NCBI GenBank assembly: GCA_963727625.1
Contig: CAVSHR010000004.1
Coordinates: forward strand, 1,248,001-1,312,000
Direction of reading: 5' to 3'
Source of the DNA: an uncultured delta proteobacterium
GTDB lineage: Bacteria; Desulfobacterota; Binatia; UBA9968
Length of the DNA stretch: 64,000 nt
Below, piece by piece: positions 58,187 through 64,000 of the stretch. Numbering within the stretch: position 1 is the stretch's first letter; the number at the start of each line of letters is the position of its first letter. Both the position numbers and the translations under genes were made by a program. Below the pieces are notes generated by a model. That model worked only from the letters and a program-made list of their open reading frames with translations. It ran no database searches and was not told the origin of the DNA.

Positions 58187-59314
58187 TCAAGCTAACCCCC
58201 AAACCCCGCGAGCGACTCTGGCGACCAATTCTAATTTCCGGGTCATATCATCCCAGGAAAGCAAATTTCCTGAAGCTGCGGACGCAAAACCGCACTGCGT
58301 GCTAATGGCGAGATTTTCCGGCGAAATGTATTTGGCGGCCTGATCGATTTTGCGCAGCAGCACGTCTTCCTTTTCGAGCTCAGGGGTCTTGGTGGTGATC
58401 AGACCCAGCACCACTGTCCGGCCTTTCGGCACAAAGCGCAGCGGCTCGAAGCCGCCGGCGCGCTCGCTGTCGAATTCGAGCAGATAGCGATCCATGGTTA
58501 ATGAGCCGAAGGCCTTTTCCGCGATCGGCTCGTAACTGCCCTCGGCGCCCCAGGCGCTGCGCTTGTTGCCGCGGCAGAAATGAATGCCGATGACAACGCC
58601 GGGGCCTCGTCGGATGCCCTGAATCATGGCGTTGTCCGCGGCGATTGCCGCGTCAAGCGCCCCATCCAGGTCGATGCCGCTTTGTTTGAGCACTTCTCGC
58701 CGGCTCGGATCAAAAAAGTTCGAATAAGACGGGGCATCGAGTTGCACGTAGGACGCGCCTTCATCGATCAGCGCCTGCACCTCGTCCCGCATGATCGCTG
58801 CCACGTCCTGCAGCATGTCATGCACCGTCGGGTAGAATTGATCCGTCACCCCCGGTCGATAACGCATGATCGCGTGCTGCATCGCCGCCGGCGTGCAGAC
58901 CTTGAAAGACCCGGGCGCATGCTGCTTCAGAAATGGCGCTTCGTTGGGTGTGAACCGGCCTTTCCTGGTGAGCTTGCCGCCGACGATATATTGCAGATTG
59001 CCTTCCTTGGATTCCTCGGCGAGCTCCTTTCCCCGGCCGCGCCATTGGAACTTGACCACAGGTTTTCCCGGCACGAGACCGTCCATCGCCTTGGTGATAT
59101 CGGCGGTGAAAATATCGCGGCGGTATTCGCCGTCCGTAAAGACTTGCATCCCCACGGCTTGCTGCATCGACAGGGCCGCGAGAATCGACCGATCCTCGAT
59201 CTCGCGCACCCGCGTTTCGTCCATGCGTCCTTCGCGCAGCGCCGCCCGGGCAGCCAGCAACTCCGCGGGCCGTAATAGACTGCCGATATTATCCGCTCGA
59301 AATCGCGTCGCCAT
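58187..59314 (-). CDS. Cobalamin-independent methionine synthase II family (MetE C-terminal-like)
   Basis: GSLLRP, TDGEYRR, YVQLDAP, HFCRGN, LEFD, QCGFAS. Confidence 0.88.
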   Translation of the reverse strand: MATRFRADNIGSLLRPAELLAARAALREGRMDETRVREIEDRSILAALSMQQAVGMQVFTDGEYRRDIFTADITKAMDGLVPGKPVVKFQWRGRGKELAEESKEGNLQYIVGGKLTRKGRFTPNEAPFLKQHAPGSFKVCTPAAMQHAIMRYRPGVTDQFYPTVHDMLQDVAAIMRDEVQALIDEGASYVQLDAPSYSNFFDPSRREVLKQSGIDLDGALDAAIAADNAMIQGIRRGPGVVIGIHFCRGNKRSAWGAEGSYEPIAEKAFGSLTMDRYLLEFDSERAGGFEPLRFVPKGRTVVLGLITTKTPELEKEDVLLRKIDQAAKYISPENLAISTQCGFASAASGNLLSWDDMTRKLELVARVARGVWGLA

Positions 59315-59390
59315 ACTCCCCCTCCTTATACGGCCGATATCAGCAGTAGGCATCACTGGGTAGATCACGCCAAACGACGAATCCGGCCAT

Positions 59391-59461
59391 TTGAAACTTC
59401 TGAAACGATTGGAACGGCTGGAACAACTGGAATTTTAAACTCCAGAGCCTTGAACCGTTGA
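59391..59461 (+). repeat. 9-bp periodic TTGAAC/TGGAAC repeat array
   Basis: TTGAAAC 59391, CTGAAAC 59400, TTGGAAC 59409, CTGGAAC 59418, CTGGAAT 59427, TTGAAC 59450. Confidence 0.6.
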
Positions 59462-59468
59462 CATTTTG

Positions 59469-60632
59469 CTAGTTGCCCCACACCTGGCGCGCGGTTTCGA
59501 CGACGACTTCTAGTTTTTTTTTCTGATCGTCCTCGCTGATCAAATTACCCACCACGTCGGACGCAAAGCCGCATTGCGGGCTGATCGCCAGTTGATCCAA
59601 GGGAATGAACTTGGAAGCTTCGTCGATGCGGCGCTTGAGCTGGTCGACGCTTTCGAGCTCGGAAACCTTGGTGCTCACCAGGCCCAATACCACCACCTTG
59701 TCCTTGGGCACGAAACGCAACGGCTCGAAGCTGCCGGCGCGCGGGCTGTCATATTCGAGCAGCAGCCGGTCATGGCCCAGGTCGTTAAAAAGCATTTCCG
59801 CAATCGCGTCGTAACTGCCCTCGCGATGCCACATGCTGCGCTGGTTGCCGCGGCACAGATGGATGCCGAAGGTCACGCCTTTGAACAGACGCAAAATCTC
59901 ATTGTCCGCCTTGATCGAGCGCGCCAGATTTTTCATCGGATCTTCCCCCCACTGGCGCATCTCCTCGAGGGACGGCTCATCGACGTAAGCCGTGTAGCTC
60001 GGCGCGTCGATCTGCACGTACCGGCAGCCGGCGTCGATCAGACTGCGAATCATCTCCCGCTCGATGCGCACCACGTCGCCGACAAAATCATCGACGCTCC
60101 AGTAAACCGATTTCGAGTTCTGATAATCGAAGCGCTGGACGATGCGGTCGGGGCCGATCAGAGAAACTTTGGCGGGCTTGCCGGCTGCGCCGCTGACGAA
60201 GCGATATTCCTCCAGCGGCAGATTGCGCACCAGGCGGAGCTTTTGCGACACCGGCCGGCGCTGCAGGATCGCCGCGCCGTCAGCGACATGATAGGGGTCC
60301 CAGCGCTGCAGCGGTTTGCCCTCGCGCGACAGGCTCTCCATGAAAGACAAATCCACCCTGCGGGCTTCGAAACCGCTCACCGAAGCGGCGAAACTGTCCT
60401 GAAAATTCAAGCGGCGGAACTCGCCGTCGGTCACCACGTCCAAGCCGACGCTCTCTTGCAGCCGGACGGCGCCGCGGATCGCGTCGTCTTCGAAGCGGCG
60501 CAATTCCTCCGGCGAAAGTTTGCCCTCGTCCCGATCGGCATAAGCCTGTTTAAGTTGCGCGGGCCGCAGCAGGCTGCCGACCACGTCGGTCCTGATTTTT
60601 GTCAATGGTTTTGTTGTTGTTTGTGCCATCAT
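59469..60632 (-). CDS. Cobalamin-independent methionine synthase II family (MetE C-terminal-like)
   Basis: VGSLLRP, TDGEFRR, YVQIDAP, HLCRGN, LEYD, SPQCGFAS. Confidence 0.88.
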   Translation of the reverse strand: MMAQTTTKPLTKIRTDVVGSLLRPAQLKQAYADRDEGKLSPEELRRFEDDAIRGAVRLQESVGLDVVTDGEFRRLNFQDSFAASVSGFEARRVDLSFMESLSREGKPLQRWDPYHVADGAAILQRRPVSQKLRLVRNLPLEEYRFVSGAAGKPAKVSLIGPDRIVQRFDYQNSKSVYWSVDDFVGDVVRIEREMIRSLIDAGCRYVQIDAPSYTAYVDEPSLEEMRQWGEDPMKNLARSIKADNEILRLFKGVTFGIHLCRGNQRSMWHREGSYDAIAEMLFNDLGHDRLLLEYDSPRAGSFEPLRFVPKDKVVVLGLVSTKVSELESVDQLKRRIDEASKFIPLDQLAISPQCGFASDVVGNLISEDDQKKKLEVVVETARQVWGN

Positions 60633-61148
60633 TTTCCTCTCAGACGGATCGTCGATTGAATCTCACGGTTCTGAGCGCCGAGAGACCGCTCTAAAGAATC
60701 CGCCGGCTCAATTCCTTGGTCTTTCATCGACTACCTCCTCTCAACCCGCTGCTCTAGTCAATAGTCAATGGCGATTGCGAGAACAAGCTGACGAATGATA
60801 AAAGCTTTGTCAACCGGCATTAACTAGTCGCCTCCGGCATGGATCGATTTAAATCCATTGATAGTCAGTGTCGGCGCCGGAACGGCTTCGAATCTTCGTC
60901 GACTTTCTCGCCGATTGGTTTGGGAAAACGACTCCAGTGAAATGGAATCAGAACGCGGAAAGGAAAAGTATTGAGTGCAAACGTAAAGAGGTCGGAAGTC
61001 GCTCCAACCCGCGCTGCTAACACCGTAGCGGTTCCCCGCGATTCCTGGTCGCGGACCGCCAAACCGCAACAGAACACTTCTGGCGCGGCGCGCTTGAAGA
61101 AATGCGCGTTTAAGACCAAAAGGACAGTTGAGAAAAGGAGTCCCGACC

Positions 61149-62309
61149 ATGTGGAATGGAATGAAAGTCATCGACGCTGACGCGCATATGCACGAGCCTC
61201 AATATCTGTGGGAGCGATATGTGGAGCCTAAGTTCCGGGATCAAGTCCCCAAGGTCGCTTTCATGGACGGGGTCTTCATGGTTTACGAACCGGATGGAAA
61301 GATCATTCCCAAAGGAGATCTTCAGCTCCGACCGCCGCCGAGTGCCTGGGCGGTGTTGGAAGAGAAGTATGGGGAAGCCTATCGCCAGTGGTGGTCGGCT
61401 GAGATTCGGCTCAAAGACATGAATCGTTACGGTTGGGATATCCAAGTTTTGCTCCCCACCGGCAACAACGGTAACTTCGCTTATCGCGTGGCCTTGACGG
61501 ATGTGGCGCTCGGCGCGGCCATGTGCCGCGCCTACAACAATTGGTGTCACGACTACTGCGGCACCGATCCCAAGCGCCTCAAGTTTGTCGCGGTGCTGCC
61601 GGGCTCGGATATTGACGAGATGGTCAAGGAAGCACGCCGTGCGGTCGTCGAACTTGGAGCGGTATCGGTGCGCAATCCTTTTCTCCCGGTCGGTAAGTAT
61701 CTGCACGAGCCGGAGTACGAAGCGCTATGGCAGCTGGCATGCGAGCTCGACTTTCCTATTTCGGCTCACGGCGAGTACCGGCAACGCCGTTTCCATCCGT
61801 TTCGGCACCTAGAAGGCGAGCGGCGCGAAGACCTACAGCTCGCGCTTCGCGGGCTCGACCACGCCCTGGGATTTCCCTGCGACAACATGACCACCCTCGG
61901 GCATTTCATTTTCACCGGAATTCTAGAGCGGTTTCCGAAACTACGGCTCGCCATTCTCGAATCCAACGCAGGCTGGCTGCCCTTTTGGCTCGGACGAATG
62001 GATGATCACACTCATGGCCGGAACAGCGTCATGGGGAAGTCGGATAAGCTGCGAATGCTTCCGAGCGAGTACTTTATGCGCCAGTGTATGATCTCCTGTG
62101 ACAGCGATGAGCGCGCGCTCAAATACGTCGTGGGCGATTTAAAAGGCGAAAACATCGTCTGGAACACCGACTACCCGCACCCCGACGCCATCGATCCCAA
62201 GCGAGCGCTGCCCGACTTTGACGCTCAACCCATTACAGACGAGGCCAAGCGCAAAATACTTTGGGACAACGCCGTCAAGCTTTTTGGTCCGCGGATTCTA
62301 AATTCATGA
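61149..62309 (+). CDS. Amidohydrolase_2 family (DxH subtype)
   Basis: VIDADAHMHEP, RAYNNW, AHG, ERFPKLRLAILES, WNTDYPHPD; AAGGAG RBS. Confidence 0.88.
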   Translation: MWNGMKVIDADAHMHEPQYLWERYVEPKFRDQVPKVAFMDGVFMVYEPDGKIIPKGDLQLRPPPSAWAVLEEKYGEAYRQWWSAEIRLKDMNRYGWDIQVLLPTGNNGNFAYRVALTDVALGAAMCRAYNNWCHDYCGTDPKRLKFVAVLPGSDIDEMVKEARRAVVELGAVSVRNPFLPVGKYLHEPEYEALWQLACELDFPISAHGEYRQRRFHPFRHLEGERREDLQLALRGLDHALGFPCDNMTTLGHFIFTGILERFPKLRLAILESNAGWLPFWLGRMDDHTHGRNSVMGKSDKLRMLPSEYFMRQCMISCDSDERALKYVVGDLKGENIVWNTDYPHPDAIDPKRALPDFDAQPITDEAKRKILWDNAVKLFGPRILNS

Positions 62310-62440
62310 TTCAGCTGCGGCGACCAAAGCATTTTTGACATGCGGCTAGGCGCAAAATAGATGAGAACCGATCGGCACATTGAATGACAAATCAGCAAGC
62401 TTGAAAACCTGAATCAATGCTCCCCTCCGTTCTAGACGAC

Positions 62441-62483
62441 TTGAACGGAGGGGGAGCGGTTGAACCACTTGAACAGCTTGAAC
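62441..62483 (+). repeat. TTGAAC repeat array
   Basis: TTGAAC at 62441, 62460, 62469, 62478. Confidence 0.6.
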
Positions 62484-62496
62484 CCAACGGAAAAAG

Positions 62497-62910
62497 ATGA
62501 AAGCCCTCGCGAATCGATTCGATCACATCGTCCTCACGGTCAATGACGTTGAAGAGACCACCAAGTTCTACGAACGGGTGCTTGGTTTCGAAAGGGAAAT
62601 GTTTCAAGGGTCGGACGGGCAGCCGCGCTACGCGCTGCGCTTCGGCAATCATAAGATCAATCTTCAGGAGCGCGCCACCGATACCGCGAACAAAGCGAAA
62701 TTCCCAACATTCGGCTCGGCGGATTTCTGCCTTATCGCCGCGGTTCCCTTGCAAGCGGTGCTGGACCGTCTGCGTGCCGAAAAGGTCGCGATCGTGGCAG
62801 GTCCGGTTCAGCGCAGAGGCGCGCTCGGACAGATGCGCTCCGTTTACTTCCGCGACCCGGACGAAAATCTCGTCGAGGTGTCGGAATACACCAATGAAAC
62901 AAAGCAATAA
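62497..62910 (+). CDS. VOC/glyoxalase family protein
   Basis: DHIVLTVND...FYERVLG, KINL, GSADFC, GPVQRRGALG, SVYFRDPDENLVEV. Confidence 0.9.
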   Translation: MKALANRFDHIVLTVNDVEETTKFYERVLGFEREMFQGSDGQPRYALRFGNHKINLQERATDTANKAKFPTFGSADFCLIAAVPLQAVLDRLRAEKVAIVAGPVQRRGALGQMRSVYFRDPDENLVEVSEYTNETKQ

Positions 62911-62993
62911 ATATGCGACTTCGCGGTGGACGATGACAGGAGGAAAACTGCTTAAGGAGCGCGCATAAGTTTTAGTTCGATCTTACGGCTGCG

Positions 62994-63563
62994 TCAATTT
63001 TTCCGGCAGATGAGATCTCCCTTGGGAAACGGCAAAAGCACGCAGTCTACTCGCGGATCGTTATGCGCCCGTTCGAGGAACTCCTTTTGGTAGCGCGGCG
63101 AAGTCACGTTATCGACGACGATCCAACCACCCGGCACTAGGCGCGGCACGATTGACTCATAGATCTTGGCATTCAACTCCGGCGGCTCGATGTCGGAGAA
63201 GCAAAACGCCAGCGGCGCAGACTGGCCGGCATAGTCGAACGCGTTGCCGTGAAAGACCCGGACGGTACCGTCGGCCCCGGCTTGTGCGATGTTTGTCCGC
63301 GCCAAAGCGACTTTTTTTTCATCGAGATCGACCGTCGTTAGCGTGACGCCTTTGGCGCGCGCAGCGAGCGAAAGCCACAGGCTCGAGTAGCCGCCGCTGC
63401 TACCTAGTTCGAGAAAGGCGCCCGGCGGCGCCGACAGAGCGAGAAGCGAGAGCACGCGCGCGACATCGGTGTCGACGCTGCGCAGCGAGCGTTGATCACG
63501 CGCCAGCTGCTCTTCCATCGCGCGCATTACCCGTTGCATGTCGGCGGAAATTTCATGAAACAC
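62994..63563 (-). CDS. Class I SAM-dependent O-methyltransferase
   Basis: LELGSSGGYSSLWL, TVD, LVPGGWIVVDNV; GAAGGAGG RBS. Confidence 0.85.
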   Translation of the reverse strand: MFHEISADMQRVMRAMEEQLARDQRSLRSVDTDVARVLSLLALSAPPGAFLELGSSGGYSSLWLSLAARAKGVTLTTVDLDEKKVALARTNIAQAGADGTVRVFHGNAFDYAGQSAPLAFCFSDIEPPELNAKIYESIVPRLVPGGWIVVDNVTSPRYQKEFLERAHNDPRVDCVLLPFPKGDLICRKN

Positions 63564-64000
63564 CGGCGCCTCCTTCGAGATTTTCGAACGGCACGCTGCG
63601 CCGGTTGATCTGTTCTTCGATATCGGCCGGAAACAGATTTTCTTTCAACATAACGAAATCGCCGTACGCGCCGTGCACCGGACCGAGCAGGTTCCGTTCG
63701 GCAAGCAGCCCGGCCTTACGCGTGCCGAACTTGGGCAACTGCGAGCGATATTTTTGGTAGCACTCATACCAATTGCGCGTCATCAATATATAATAGTCGA
63801 GTGGCACCGGCGGCTGCTCCGCCTCCTTGCATAGCGCCGTTGACGGCTCGCGCCGCCATTGCTGCGGCCGCGGCATGATCCCACGTGACATGAGATACTC
63901 GAAGCAGCCGGTGGTCGAATCGACCGCTGCGGCAACGGATTGAAACCCATGGGGCCGCGCCATTTCGATGCCGGAGACAAAACTCGGCTGTACGTTGCCT
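63553..64000 (-). CDS. C-terminal part of a protein entering from the window edge, possibly radical SAM family
   Basis: Open frame to window end (GNVQPSFVSGIEMARPHGF...STT..FEYLMSRGI.PR..W..EP); overlaps methyltransferase start; no diagnostic cysteine motif visible. Confidence 0.4.
   Translation of the reverse strand, partial: GNVQPSFVSGIEMARPHGFQSVAAAVDSTTGCFEYLMSRGIMPRPQQWRREPSTALCKEAEQPPVPLDYYILMTRNWYECYQKYRSQLPKFGTRKAGLLAERNLLGPVHGAYGDFVMLKENLFPADIEEQINRRSVPFENLEGGAGVS

Noticed and set aside
59574-60659. Long antisense ORFs (361 aa here; also 7128-7997, 28799-29671, 37635-38543, 49137-50096)
   Set aside because: Shadow frames opposite well-supported genes, expected in GC-rich DNA; no motifs or RBS
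60660-61140. Possible ncRNA or small ORFs in the 480-nt divergent intergenic region
   Set aside because: No recognisable riboswitch, repeat or protein motif; likely promoter DNA
1-64000. CRISPR array, rRNA or tRNA genes
   Set aside because: No repeat-spacer periodicity, cas genes or cloverleaf/rRNA signatures seen by eye; short repeats lack unique spacers

Overview
Bacterial chromosomal window; gene content and paralog expansions suggest a Candidatus Binatia / deltaproteobacterial-type genome (inference). 1-33 kb is core genome: a long minus-strand operon yceD-rpmF-plsX-fabD-fabG-acpP-rpiB-glyA-nrdR-ribD-ribE-ribBA-ribH-nusB-leuS-lptE, a second minus-strand run yebC-ruvCAB-DUF2905-NtrY-like kinase-(receiver::LpxC fusion)-DUF2203-queG, plus rlpA, acnA and an isocitrate dehydrogenase. 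33-64 kb is accessory/catabolic: transporters, pal, rlmD, four amidohydrolases, an FAD monooxygenase, an EmrAB-like pump, a molybdoenzyme large subunit, two MetE-like proteins, many gene remnants and short repeats. The standout is an NtrY-type sensor kinase whose adjacent response regulator has a motif-intact LpxC (lipid A committed step) in place of the usual NtrX output, a candidate two-component system that directly controls lipid A synthesis. Also notable: three apparent pseudoenzymes (RibB domain, HtrA-like, metallopeptidase-like), a fab operon lacking fabH and fabF, a GIY-YIG gene flanked by inverted REP-like repeats, an attC-like site, and in-frame internally deleted mini-genes. No rRNA, tRNA or CRISPR array was seen. 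All family assignments come from motif recognition by eye, not database searches.
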